Source: Antedon mediterranea (Eukaryota; Animalia; Echinodermata). Taken from it: 64,000 nucleotides of DNA. Both the position numbers and the translations under genes were made by a program. Shown piece by piece: positions 23,701-38,700 of the stretch. The notes beneath the pieces were generated by a model. It saw only the letters and a list, made by a program, of their open reading frames with translations. It made no database searches and was not told where the DNA came from. Within the stretch, counting starts at the first letter, position 1. Each line of letters begins with the position of its first letter. The stretch covers positions 9,672,001 through 9,736,000 of the forward strand of contig NC_092672.1 in assembly GCF_964355755.1 (NCBI RefSeq), given 5' to 3'.

Positions 23701-26700
23701 ATGTTTGATTCGCGTCACATTTGAATCCTGTATCTTCACATGCAATTATTTTAAAAGTTGACGCTAAATACAAAATTACATACAATTTTATGGTGGACCC
23801 TATATTTTGAATTAAATTTTAAAAGTTTAGAAGCATTGAAATTGTAAAATTACGTACTGATGAACTGGAAAAGTATTGTCCTTTCTATATTGTTTTAGTC
23901 GTAATGATGGAAGGATCCACAATTGTGGTTAAGGCCTATTTTGCATGTTAGTTTGTCAATATTTTTTTACATTTCAGGGATATGGAACAACAACACTTCA
24001 GATGATCTATGTTCTCCCACTATGGAGTGTCTTGATACATCTACCACATTGGCAGAATCGGATATATTTGAAACCTCAAATTCATGTAAGAATTATTTTG
24101 TATACATTTTGAAATATATAAAATACTTTTAAATGGCTATTTTGTTTACTGCTGTGCAGAGTAACACAATTTACAAAGCAACATTTGGAATAAAAAACGA
24201 TAGCAACGACTGTGCCAATATAACTGATTTCATTTATGTAATTGAATGTTCAGCGTGATGTCGAAAATCATCACAAAAAAGGGAATATATGTAGATGTGG
24301 CAATGATTACCATGGCTGAAAGTCAATTGGTGTGTTTGTAACGATTAATCACTGAATTTGAATTATTTTTATTTCAATTAATAACTTAATAATGTAATTG
24401 ATTACTTGATATTGATATACAAAACAGGGAGATTGTCAGAAGAAGATTCCATGTTCGTGTATCCTTCCGGGATGTCTTACGAAGATTTTAATGATGAGAG
24501 TTTTCAACCATTATTTCTTGATGAACTAAAGGCTACAGCTGATTCTCAACTTCTCCAGGAAGCAGAAGATCGATGTGGTTTAAACAGACAATGCTTATTT
24601 GACGCTCTGGCTACAAAGAACGTTGACATAGGAGTAAACTCGAAACTAACTGACGAAACAAATTTAGAGAATGAAATGGTTTTAGGTAAACGATGTTCGT
24701 TTCGTTTGAATTAATAAGATGATAACAACACAGTAACTATTTTTAGACGCCTAATCCCGATATGACGACTCGGATTCTGAACTTTTCTGGCGAAACAGGC
24801 CTACACTAACGTTCTAAACACTTTGATGAGAAACATGCTTGAAATGTGCTGTCTACGGAAAATGGGAGATGATGATAGAGCACGGAGGATATACTGTATA
24901 TGATCGTCTACCTTTTCCTTTTTAAAAGAAAATATTGGGTTATTCATTAAGTTAACGACGAAGTGAACATAGAAATACAACCTTCCTTGTGGAAATTTTG
25001 GTTATACATTGTTGTACATTGAATTACTTATTTATTTAAAACTTATTTTAAAATTTCATTGTAGAAAATATACCACCTGTTATTGATCAAATTGTTGATG
25101 CAAGTTCACAGTATTTAGTTGGACAATCTCAGTTAAATATAATGGTAAACAGTACTGTTACATTGACAATAGAAGCGAGTGATGAGAACGATGACACGCT
25201 AACCTATGGACTGGAGTTCAACATTCCTGGCTCGAGTATTGATTCTCAAAGTGAGTTTCATTTTATTCTTTACTTTCCATTTACAATTTCTGTGAGTAGA
25301 AGATGCACTGCGTAGGTATAATTGCTCGTCAATAATCTTAAGATTAACGTTCCTGGCTCGAGTATTGATTCTCAAAGTGAGTTTCATTTTATTCTTTACT
25401 TTCCATTTACAATTTCTGTGAGTAGAAGATGTACTGCGTAGGTATAATTGCTCGTCAATAATCTTAAGATTAACGTTAAGACAGTTAGAAAAATCATTTT
25501 ATTCATTACTTTTCTCTAAGAACTCTGGACCCTTATTAGTAAAGAGCGCCTCATAAATATTTAGACTATTATTATGTTTCATAGAATTTAAATTCAAGGT
25601 ACCAATTTATTAATGAATTTGAAAGAAATTGTGATTATATTAAATTCGATTTCAATGCCATTCTTAATGATATATGTACAGGTACTGATATTGATATAAA
25701 CTGGGTCAAGCCATTTGAAAATACAATTAAACAATCGTATTCTACTTTTTGGAAACAAAAAGTATTAAGAAAATCATCTTTGCTTGATTACTCTTTGATA
25801 AAAGAGTCACCTGGCCTAGAACCTTACCTACTGGATAAAACAGATTTTTATGGCTCAAGTTTAAAATTTAAACTTCGTTCAAACACTTTACCACTTGGAA
25901 AATTTACAAATAAGTGGAACATTGCTAATCTAAATGACAAGTGTAAGGTTTGTTGGTCAGGTGAAGAAGATGTTAAACATTTCCTGTTTATTAGAATGGA
26001 AGAATTACAAACACTTCAACGTAAACTTATTGCAATAAATTGTGTAGATACTTGGTGACCTATCTATTAAGGTTCAATATGTCCTAGGAAGCACGTTATT
26101 CCATAAAAATAACTCTCACGACATTTATGCTGTATTTGACAGTTATTGTAAAATGTACACAAGCCGTGCTTGGAAATTAAGAAATGCAATTGTATTACAA
26201 CTTTGAACTGTTTTATTTTAAAAAAAAAGTGTTTTCTTTTCCATTGCTGTTGCAAAATTAGTAGTTGTATTAGTGTAGTTTTAGTTTGTAAATAAGTTTT
26301 GTAATAGCGTCGAGTCAAATTTTATGTCATTATCTCAAATATGTTTTATTTTCGATTCAGTTTTTATTTTCCATTGTTTTTGTATTGAATTTTGTAATTG
26401 GTATGGACGCACCATCTACGCATGTGTGCCACTGTTAAACAAGTGTTGTTCCAAATAAATATTATTATTAATAAATATTATATTATTAGTGCACGCAATG
26501 ATCAATACGTAATAAAAGCGCAGAAAATTCCGAAAGTGGCCAACCTTATAAGATTTGTATTTTTCAGGTGGCGTATTTACATGGACCCCAACAACTACGG
26601 ACGTGGCTTCTCTCACCTTCATAGTTAGCGATGGTACACATGCCACTAGTGCTGTTATGAATATTCGTATCTGCTCATGTTACAATGGCGGTGATTGTGA

Positions 26701-29700
26701 TTTCAATTATTTATTGGATGGATATGATATTACAGACACAAATTTTGTGGTAATTACAGATATTTTCTTGCATTTGCTATACTAAATATAGGCGGTACGT
26801 TTCGAACTAAGACAAATTGTAGTTTAAGAAACATTAGACCGAGGCATTACCAAAAAGAACGGTTTATGGCTAAATTGTAATCATCCGAATCCTTATATAT
26901 TTAAATATCAGGTTGTTCAGTGTGATTGTTTATTGGCTTGGACTGGTTCTGATTGTTCCGAAGATTTTGATGCATGCGCAGAGGAACCATGTTATCCCGG
27001 TGTCATCTGCAGAGACAACGTTGCTCCTGAAGCCAACGCAACGTGTGCAGATTGTCCACCTGGCTTAGTCGGAAACGGTTTTAAATGTTATGGTATGTAT
27101 TCTAAGGCATAACATGGTATTTTGTTTTTAACTTGTAGTAGAACTAACGGTACGTCATTTTAAATGAGATGATATAAATAATGATATGCAAATGAAGATC
27201 TTTTTACTCATTAGGTTGAATTCAAGAAAGATGTTATGTTACAGATACTTTATAAAAAAACTTGCAAAAAAACGTCTTCATGAGATAGTGACTTGTATTG
27301 CCTTTGATCCAGCAACAGTTCCACCTATCTTTTATTGACTAATGTATGTTACCGGAAATGGACGATGATAACTACATTTCTTGAAAATATTTGTTTTACT
27401 CAGAAAACACAGAAAAATGATACAAAATAGCAATTGTATTTTGAGTAATATATTAAAAAATACAATTTGCGAGTTAATTAATTTATATTGTATAGATTAT
27501 GATGAATGTGCTGCTGGAAGCGACCAGGATGAATCTGCTCTTTTTTGTGAACACCCTGAATTGTGTACAAATACACTTGGTAGCTATGAGTGCGCCTGTC
27601 GATCAGGCTACGAACTGCTATTCAATATGAAAGAATGTAGAGGTATGTACCTACTCACAGTAGACCTGATAGTGACATGGTTTCCCATTTTTTCTGCGAG
27701 TAACATCTCAAGATTAAATAATGTTTAGTAGTGGCATAGCTTGGTGGTTAACTTGCTTGCCTTCCAATTCCACGTACAGTGTTCAATGTTCCGATATACA
27801 CCACTTCCTAAAGTTCTGCACTATCGAACGTTATGAAACAAATGTGATGGCCCATATATTGACACGATGATGTCATATAACTACCATATCACATCAAAAC
27901 ATTTTTTTGTCAAACCATACTTTAAGTCTCATATGAGATAAACATATTGAAAGGGACATGTAAGAAAGCATGGAAACATATGAGAAAAAGTAATAAACAA
28001 ATATTATTTGAACGTAATGTAAATCATAGGGTCAAAGCTTTTGTTACCAAAAATTCTCTTTTCTTCTCTTAAAGATATTGATGAATGTGATCTTCAGACA
28101 GACAGCTGTAGTGCGCAAGCGCAATGTGAAAACACTGATGGTGGATATAATTGTACTTGTAATGATGGCTATCTTGGAGATGGAAACGCATGTGATGGTT
28201 AGATTTCAAAATTTTGCACGTTTTAATTATTTTTTAATGAAAAAACTTTAAAAAAACTAGTTAAGATGAAAAATATTTATACTAATACTACTAATGATAC
28301 TACTATTAATACTAGGCCTACTTATGTCATTGAGCTTTTATTGCGTGCGGTAAATACATGCTTTTTTCTTACATTAAGCAAACGTTAAGTTAAGTGCAAA
28401 AGTTAATATACATATGTAAAGCGCCAGTAAGTTGTTCAATTTATGCTTTACCTATCAAACATGTTGTATAGAAAACTGTTTTCTTAAAACATTGATACTA
28501 CATTCATTCATTCATTCATCAGTGGAAAATTACTTGCATATAACATATACATAGAAATTATGTTTTCTCTGAGATAGGCCCTATACAAAACAGAAAAACT
28601 AACAAAAACAATTACAAAGTGTCACTCTCGTACGGTATAATATTATGTATACATAGTTTACTAATCGGATTAACTTTAAATATAAATCAAATTTTGTATG
28701 ATTTTTTTTTCAGATATAAACGAATGTCAACAAAATGTGTACCCGTGCGACGCACATGCTGATTGTAATAACATTCAGGGCTCTTTTTTCTGTGTATGTA
28801 TTGACGGTTACATGGGCACTGGTGAAACCTGTACTGGTAAGTAACACGGTATCGACAATCATTTCTTGTAAAGAAAAGGAGAATAACAAAAATCTAAAAA
28901 CAAATTCTAAATGCATGCTAAATTCAACAATAATGTTTGACAAATACTACTTCACAAGACTGGTTCATGATTTCAAAATGCGTTCCGATAGTTGGCCACT
29001 GTAGCCTACAGAGTATACAAGTCAACAAACACTTCAAAATCAGAACAACTTTAAAACGCATCATTTTACGCATTTTTGTTAATAAAGATGAAGATGCGTA
29101 TCAATTTATCTTTTTCTCAATCCTGCACACTGTATATTGTTTGTTAATTCTTAGCATATGTATGCGGTTTTTTATCTATAAAATGCAACTTAACATGAAA
29201 TGTTAATATTAATGTTAATGTCGACAGAACACACATAAGGCATATAAAAAATACCTTTAATTTATTTAATGTATACGATTTCTTCTTAACATTGAAACTT
29301 AACTATTATATCTTAACTATTACCGACTGAAAGAACACTCCTTAGTTTATTGAATGTATTTCACTTCTTTTCTTTGTAACACTAGATGTTGACGAATGCC
29401 GACAAGGTACTTACGAGTGTGATCCAAATGCGGACTGTATCAATACTGAAGGCAGCTATCGATGCACATGTAGTCAAGGATTTGAAGGAAACAGCACTTA
29501 CTGTGAGGATATAGATGAATGTATTGCAAGACCTCTAGATTGCCATCCCATGTCAGATTGTACAAATACAATCGGCAGTTATATGTGTACGTGTCCAGAT
29601 GGCTATCGTGGAGATGGGTCAACTTGTTTTGGTAAGATGATGATTTCTATTCTATACACAATTACAAAACATTGGATTAGAATGTTGTGTTTTTGTTCTT

Positions 29701-32700
29701 TGTACGATGTTTGTGATTCACAGTCTCATCCTACATACTTTTTAATATAGATATCGATGAATGCGCAGAATCCGATGGCATCTGCTTGGAATTTGAGGAA
29801 TGTTTTAATACGGATGGGTCTTACGGGTGTAGGTGTATCACCGGTTATGATCGAGCAACCGAAGGAGCCGATTGCACAGGTTTGTGCACGTCAAGAATAT
29901 GAATATATTGTTTTGCCTATTTCTGAATAAACATATGATTTTCTTTTCCATTTCTTTCTGTAATAAAGTATTAAACAATCGAATGAGCTTCAGAAAATAT
30001 TTTGACTGCTTCTACTACATGGACTGGTAACTGGCTCCGACCTAAATATTGATCAATATTGATCAATATTGATCAAATAACGTATTACTTCATAATCATG
30101 TCTAAAGTATATATCATTAAATACTCTGGAAAATAAAACCGCTCCGTCGTTACTTAATCTCGTTAATTGGAAATAACACATGTCGACGGTATTGCATTCA
30201 ATATTTAGTAAGAATCCCAGTTTTTACTAAGACTTCCTTAAATCATCGTTAATTTTTTAAAGTTGTACTTGCTTTTTATTCTTCAGATGTTGATGAATGT
30301 GTTCCTGTTAATGGAAGAACTCCGTGCTCTTCCAACGGCATTTGTAACAACATCATTGGTTCTTACTCTTGTGACTGTGTGCAGGGTTACTTTGGTGATG
30401 GGCTTGACTGCTTAGGTACGGTAAAGTTTTTTTTTCTATATATACAACTTGTGTTTATTCCAAAAGCTTAAACTGGCAGATATATTTTGCTGTTAAATAA
30501 TCAGGTCTAGGTTGCTAGGAATGGTATTATCAGAATTTGTAATTTTTTAAATTCATGTAAACCATGCTATTAGAATACTCTATGGTGTATTCTAAACCAC
30601 CATACTTAGTTGAAGTGAAACTTTTTAGTTTGTTTATAATGTAACATGCACTGTCAGAATTTGTTATCATTATTATCATTACTTTTTAAAATGCAACCAT
30701 GTTTATTATTTATTATTATTTATTACTTTTTATTTTCACATTATCAAAGTGATGAATAAAGGTGGCTTTCCACATGAAAAGAAAAAAAAAGAAAAAAAAC
30801 ACCATATAATTTGTATTGTAGTTATTTCAAATTGTTGTCTTTGAATTATAGATATTGATGAGTGTTCGAATGAAGTTGATGAATGTGACCAAGTATGTAC
30901 AAATACCGTTGGAAACTATACATGTGGATGCAATGACGGATTTGAACTGGGATCAGACGAACGAAGTTGTATTCGTAAGTATTTTGTTCTGTTTTACATT
31001 ATCTTTCATGTTTTGGGATTAATTAGGTAATGCCTTAAGAAATTATAAATGAAATGCTATAATGAATGTTTAATAAAATATCTACTAATATTTCGTGTTA
31101 GCTCTTGAAAACTCGACATGTCCAGATGACACTAACCCCTGTGACGCATCAGCTACATGTATCATCAATAAAGACGGTAACCAACAATGTTATTGTGACA
31201 AAGGATACACCTTGGTAAACATGGGATGCGAAAGTAAGTATTACTTTATCTAGATTTTTGCAGTATCATAGGAATAGTAATACATCATCATGTATCGCCA
31301 ATCTTACATGACATAACCTCAAATAACCAGACATTACTTACAAGTGATACACAATAATATCTTTTGTTACAGATGTTCCTCTGATACTGGACTAGATATT
31401 AAAATATTGGATATGAATACTAAATATTGTCGTATACAGCACTGAGATTCGGTGGTTTAAAAAGAATGAAAACATGTTAACGTGTTGAACGGCTAGATTA
31501 ACCTTTTCCCCAACATATTTCCATACATAAAATGAACCTAGTTACTTTTAGTTTCATTATCATTATAACCTGAACTAAAGATCATCCTAACATAAATTTA
31601 TAATACTTAGATGTAAATGAATGCGACTTGAATCAGGACGATTGTGATACGACAAATGGTAATTGTATCGATACAGAAGGAAGTTATGGATGCGCATGCG
31701 CAGATGGATATGAGCTTCTACAGGATCTTAGAACATGTACTGGTAAGTTGAACCATCTCATTTCGTTCCTGAACAACTAAACGTATGGCGGCAACCACAG
31801 GGCTGAGAGAACAGCAACACATTTTTTTTAAAATTTACGTTTATAAACAGATTTTGTAGGACCTACTATCAATTCAATTCATCATTCAATTACGTCACGT
31901 TACGTCATTTTGGAAAACTTGGCATTTTAATAGTATCTATTTTTTAACTCTCTTCTTTTATGTAGACATTGATGAGTGTACAGAATCGAATACATGTGTT
32001 GCCACGGCACAGTGTTCGAATTCTGATGGCTCATTCACTTGCGAATGTTTGGCAGGTTACACTGGCTCTTCCTGTAGTAGTGAGTATAGCTTGGTTGTTT
32101 CCACTGCAAGAATAGATACAACGCGAGCATTTAAAAGCGCATATATTTAATAATAATGGTTACATCCTAACGGCACTTGAAGAGAGAAATTCTTCAAAAT
32201 AACAACTTTGTATTTTACTTATTACAGATATTGACGAGTGTACTAGCGACTCTAGCGACTGCCATGAAAATGCAAATTGTGAAGATACAGAAGGAAGTTA
32301 TAGATGTACATGCCAAGATGGTTACACTGGAAATGGACAAACATGTATAGGTAAGAAAACATGTTCATCCGCCAAAGATATTCAATCTGTTTGACGCTTG
32401 CTAAATCAGGAAGCGTTGAGGCCAATTTACAAAGACGACCGATAACGGTAGCGAAAAAGCACGTAGCTGGTCCCACGTAATATCTGTATCTATCCTGAGC
32501 AATTTTCCACTCAACTGCCCGTCCGCCCTGCGTTTTGCGTAAGTGTTAATCGGAAATAGCATTGTATTCTATTTTTTGGTTTTGTACCGCTCGTCTGTGT
32601 AAATTGGTCTTTATTCAGATTAAAGACATGATATAATTTGATTACAACCGGATTACAGTGTAGCTTGAAATAGGCTGATGGAGAAGTACCGTAGCTTATC

Positions 32701-35700
32701 GCAAGCCTAGGCAATTTACGCTCAGATTCTGCAATAACATCATACACCTAAATAACATTAATTTAATAGGATAATGGGTTGCTGAAAGGAATTAAATGTA
32801 ATGCTTTGAGAATATACGTTGTGAATACTTTAAAAAACTAGAAGTTGAAAGTAACTAATTCATATATGGAGTAGTAAAATCAGTTTTTGTTTTATTTAAT
32901 AAAGATGTCAATGAGTGTCTTTCATCGGAGGTTTGTCATACGTTTGCAACTTGTAGCAATACTGATGGTTCGTTTACTTGCACATGTATCAGTGGATATT
33001 CTGGCGACGGTATCGATTCCTGCATAGGTAAGTGCATGCCAGATGCTTAAAAAAAGAGCAGTACACACATCGGATTATGCAGCCGTCACTAAACATATTC
33101 TAACTGACTATCGCAAGTCACCTAAATAAGAGTATATCTGTATTTAATACCTTTAATACATATCATCACGGTCCGTAGGTTATCTTCCGACGAGATATAA
33201 AGTGAATATGTGCAGTGTGGTCGTACCCTTACCCCTTTATGCGCAATACACTGCTGTGTATATTTCATTTGTTTCAATGATGATGTTTTACCGTACAACA
33301 TATTATTAATACTGTGCGCACCCCATGATGGTTAGTGAAGTAATAGCGGTATACTGTACCTCCTTTATTGGCACCAATGCTAAACATGCTGTATGTACTC
33401 TATTCTGACCAGATAATAATGAATGTAACGATAGTCCATGTGACGCAAACGCCGACTGCACAAACCTACCGGGAACATACACATGTGCGTGTATGACTGG
33501 TCATCGTGGTGACGGTTTTGTCTCGTGTATAAACATTGATGAGTGCACCGAACAGCCTAATATTTGTCCAGAACAGGCGACTTGTACCGACACAGACGGT
33601 TTTTACGAGTGTGAGTGCAATGATGGATTCGTAACCGATGGTTCAGATTGTACAGGTAAGAAATTGTAACAAAAATAGAAATAGAATCATTATACCAATT
33701 ATAAATTATGCAATAGGTGGTAGGTGGATAAACGTAGGCATACTTGTGAGCATGCATAGTAGGTGGATAAACGTAGGCCTACTTGTGAGCATGCATAGTA
33801 GGTGGATAAACGTATGCCTACTTGTGAGCATGCATAGTAGGTGGATAAACGTATGCCTACTTGTGAGCATGCATAGTAGGTGGATAAACGTATGCCTACT
33901 TGTGAGCATGCATAGTAGGTGGATAAACGTATGCCTACTTGTGAGCATGCATAGTAGGTGGATAAACGTAGGCCTACTTGTGAGCATGCATAGTAGGTGG
34001 ATAAACGTAGGCCTACTTGTGAGCATGCATAGTAGGTGGATAAACGTAGGCCTACTTGTGAGCATGCATAGTAGGTGGATAAACGTAGGCCTACTTGTGA
34101 GCATGCATAGTAGGTGGATAAACGTAGGCCTACTTGTGAGCATGCATAGTAGGTGGATAAACGTAGGCCTACTTGTGAGCATGCATAGTAGGTGGATAAA
34201 CGTAGGCCTACTTGTGAGCATGCATTTTCTCTTCTGCCGTATGTTAAGACAACAAATTATAAAAACGACTAAAATACACGTTGACCAGCTTTATAATTAT
34301 TTAAATGTTTATTTTTGTAGATGTGGATGAATGTCAACTAAATACTGACAATTGTGACGTTAACTCAATGTGTAACAATACTATTGGCTCATATACATGT
34401 CGTTGTAACCGTGGTTATGTGAGCGAAGCAAACGCCCGTGCCGGCACATGCATGGGTAACCAAATTTAACTACACCTTTTACATTATATTCACTTTTAAA
34501 TTTAAAATACCGTCATATTTTTCCTAAAAATGCTAAAAAAATAAATTCTCTTCTTTAAGGTAACAGCTTATTTAATTAATGTTTTCACCATTTCGACATG
34601 GATAGTAGAAAACGTAAGAATTAAAATTATTAGCAATATTACATGCATTTTTTCTATATACAGATTATGACGAATGCTTCTACAATATTGATGACTGTTC
34701 GGCGTTTGGTATCTGTACCAATAATATTGGCTCATACAGCTGTGAATGTAAGCCTGGCTTTGATGGAGATGGTGAAATATGTACAGGTAAAAATGCCATT
34801 GGTTAAATTAGACTTCGTTGTTTGTTAGCGTTGGTTAGACCTTCCAGTGCTTTCAAACAATACTTTCCGTCCTAATGAGATCTAATCACAGTATCCGTCC
34901 GTGTATCTGCACTATCAAATCTCAATATATTTCCATCCAATTCTTTCTGATTAAATACGTACCGTCAATGACGGGTCTATGTTAAATATTAACTTAATGC
35001 AACAACGTGGCGCTGACCTACGTAACTCTGAAAGATTCGAGCTTAACGTGTAATAGAAATATAAAACATGTTTTGGTTACTGTGTGCCTAATTTAGAAAC
35101 TTATATTATAATCATTTGAATAGATACTGACGAGTGTGATCAAGTAACGAACCCTTGTAACCTGGATAACAATGAAAGGTGTGTTAACACTCAGGGTAGT
35201 TTCAACTGTGTTTGCCAAACGTCATATTTTAACAGAAGTGGTGAATGTTTACGTAAGTTAAATGAGTTAATTAATTTCAAATGTATTACTTACCGTATAT
35301 AGCTTCTAAGTTTTTATTATCTTCGAGATTTCAGTGAAATGACAGAAATAGGTAATTATAATAATAGCTAATCTCAATTAACATATCTTGACAATGTATA
35401 TGAACGGCATTCCGCTAAAATTCAGGTCACTGAACTGTTTCACTTAATACAAATAAACCCAGTATTCTTTTAAATAAAACAAACAATAACTTGTGTTTAA
35501 ATATAGATATTGATATTTAATATTATCTTAAATTACAGTGGTTGTTGCAAAGACGCTTAATGCCAAATTTCTGTACATCAAAGGACTGCTTACGACAATG
35601 TTCGCCAACACGTTGGACCTTGATCAAGTCAGTATTGAATTAGCCAATGATGTAAGTATAGATTCACAAGCTGTTCATTCTAAATCTTTTGTGGAAATAA

Positions 35701-38700
35701 ACGTCTCCAGTAGCTTTCTCAGGAATTCTACAAAAAGTAGACAGGCGACACTTCGGATAATCCATCGCTTGGTATTGGTCATATTGCTTACGTTTCATAC
35801 GTCGTCGGAATATATAGACCTCAGTCACACATGATTTTCCGGTAGCTTTCTCAGAAATTCCACAAAAAGTGGACAGGCGACACTTCGGATAATCCATCGC
35901 TTGTGATTGGTCATATTGCTTACGTTTCGTACGTCGTCGGAATATATAGGCCTCAGTCACACATGATTTCTTGCATGTTTATGTTGTTATGTTATAGTTT
36001 CGACAGCGTGGTCAAACAAGAAAGCTAAAGCAAAAGGTAGGCCTAAATAAAAACGAATTAAAATATTATTTGGTATTAATATTTTGTTTTGCAGATAGAT
36101 ACGTTATTCTCGCAGAGCAATCTGGCAGAAAATTACTTCGGAGCTGTAACTGAAAACATTAATATTGATAATTCTACTGATGGTGTGGAGGTTGAATTCA
36201 CATTAAGTTTCGATGATCAATATAATGTAACAGACGCGATGGTTCTCGGGGCCTTTTTTAATGGGCTGACTGGTAACACTATGGACATTCTCGAACCAAA
36301 CAGTCAAATAATTAGAGACAATACCGATGTCGTGGAAACAGGTAACCATCCCAAGTTATTTATTTTCTTTCGTTAATATCAAAACAAATATAATATGTAT
36401 AGGCCTACATAAATAACAATATAGATACTGGGAGGATATCAGTACTCAGGGATCGTATTTGTGGTGCGGTCAAAAAAGAAAATATAAAAAAAATAAAATA
36501 AAAGAAAAAATAAATAAAATAACATAACATCACCAGTATAAACTTAAAGTTTACCATTACCAATCATAAAAAAAATCATCCTTTCTTTCAAATATAAAAA
36601 AAAAAGAATGTAACAAACATCCAGATGTTATTACAGATTGTTATAAACAATTTAAAATAGATGAATTCTCATTTTCGTAAACTTGCTGTATCACCAACCT
36701 TAAGTTGATATGGTTTTCTTGTCATGCCTAGTCAAGACAGCAATCCTGGAAATTATGTTTTGAACTGTGTGTATTCTTAATTCATTATCATACCATAATC
36801 TTAATTCTTTATTTCAATATTGCAGTGGTCAATCCATGTGATGAAGGTACCGACGACTGCACTGAAAGATTGTTTGAGGAATGTGTTTTCGTGAGTAACG
36901 AACAATTCACCTGTCAAACCTGCAGCAGCGGGTACATGCTTTCAGATGATGAAAGTACGTGTGTAGGTAAGTGAAAGAGCCTTATAACTTTGGCATTTCT
37001 TATAATATCTGAAAAGAAAGTAAGCCTAATACTGTACTGTTTAAAGCCCTTTCTACACTATCAAACTAGTTTGACAACAAAAAAAGTTCGATGTGCCCAA
37101 ATATGGTAGTGATATGCTTAAATATGGTAATGATATGACATCATCATGTCTATGGGCACATCACTTTTATTTTTTCAATAAAGTTTGATAGTGTAGACAG
37201 GGCTTTGGAAAAGTAATGTATACTTGAAAAATCCTTTTCAAACAAGTTTCAATTGCATACTTTACAAATTCGTTCTTCCCTTTCAATATTATTCCCAATT
37301 GTATAAGGTCTACATATAGATGGAGTGGAGTTGTGGCCTGGTGGTTATGATGCTTGGCTGCCAATCCAAGGGTCCTGGGTTCAAGTCCTGTCATATGTCA
37401 GGATTTTTTCTAATGACAATTTACAACTCCACTCCCAAAGACTTGTAATAAAGACTTTGTTTATGTAGAGCATTGTGTGTATATGTTTGTCTCGTGAACG
37501 GATTGCCACCTTTAAGAAGGATAGTGATTGAATTTGCTCATGGTTATCCTTGGCAATTTGCCTAAATATATAAAATAAAAAATAAAATAAAATAAATATT
37601 ACGATTTTTAAAAAAAGAAATGTGTAGTAAAATAAAACCGTTGTAATTTTTGGTAAAAATGAATGATTGTTTTTTGTAGATATTGATGAATGCGATCAGA
37701 ACCCGTGCGAAAATAACGAGTTGTGTACAAACGTTGCTGGTGGATTTTCATGTTCATGTACTGATGGTTACTTCTCGAGTTCATCTGGTTGCGTCGTCGC
37801 AGTATCCTTCCGTGGTGAATTACGTGTAGTGGAAATAAATCAGGTTTTGGTAGCATGGGATCCAGAATTGGAAGATCCATCATCCGATCTCTTCATGGAG
37901 TATGCAGAACTCATGTGTTCAATTGTATGTATGCCTATATGTTTTAATTTATTCGTTAAACATGTGTTTATGTTATGAGATATGTTATGTTGAAGGCTTA
38001 GATTTGTAGGCCTATAACAACAACAAAAAACTCTTAACAACATAAGCATTTCTTTCTTAAATTGAGTTGTTTCTTGGTGGTTAAGATGTTCACCTGCAGT
38101 AAGCCTGCATATTTTTATCCGTCCGTTTTAAATTCCTGTCAAATTGCAGGATTATTTCTAAAGCTCTATCAACACTATCAAACTTTATATGACAAAAAAT
38201 GTGATATGCCCATATGAACATGATGATGTCATATCACTACCATATTTAAGCATATCACTACCATATTTGGGCACATCATACTTTGTTATAACTAGTTTGA
38301 TAATGTGACAGACCTAGTGTTAGGTTATTATGGCAGATTTTTATGAACACTATTTATTCCAAAATACGCCATATCAAGAAAAAGAAAAAAAAAAACATTT
38401 TTTTGTAGTTATTTGTCTATTTAATGAACCATACTTTGCAGATCACATATTTCAATATAAATAAGAAATGTATCTCTTTATTTCAGATTAGTAATGCATA
38501 TAATTCACTAAGCTCAGCGTTCTACGGTTGTACAGTTATTGGATTCAAAGAAGGCAGTATTATTGCTGTATATCAAGTACAATTCTTTACCAACTCAACC
38601 ATGAATGGTGAAGAATTGCTTGAACTTCTTCTCAACGAAACAGACAATAATAACATACTATCTGATGAAAATAACAATATTACATTAGATGTTACTCATG

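Noticed and set aside
33638-34330. 230-aa and 171-aa repetitive ORFs on both strands; superficially array-like
   Set aside because: Artefact of a stop-free 39-bp intronic minisatellite. There are no unique spacers, so it is not CRISPR.
35664-35960. 98-aa minus ORF with internal repeat (also 25199-25387)
   Set aside because: These arise from intronic tandem duplications and show no domain signature.
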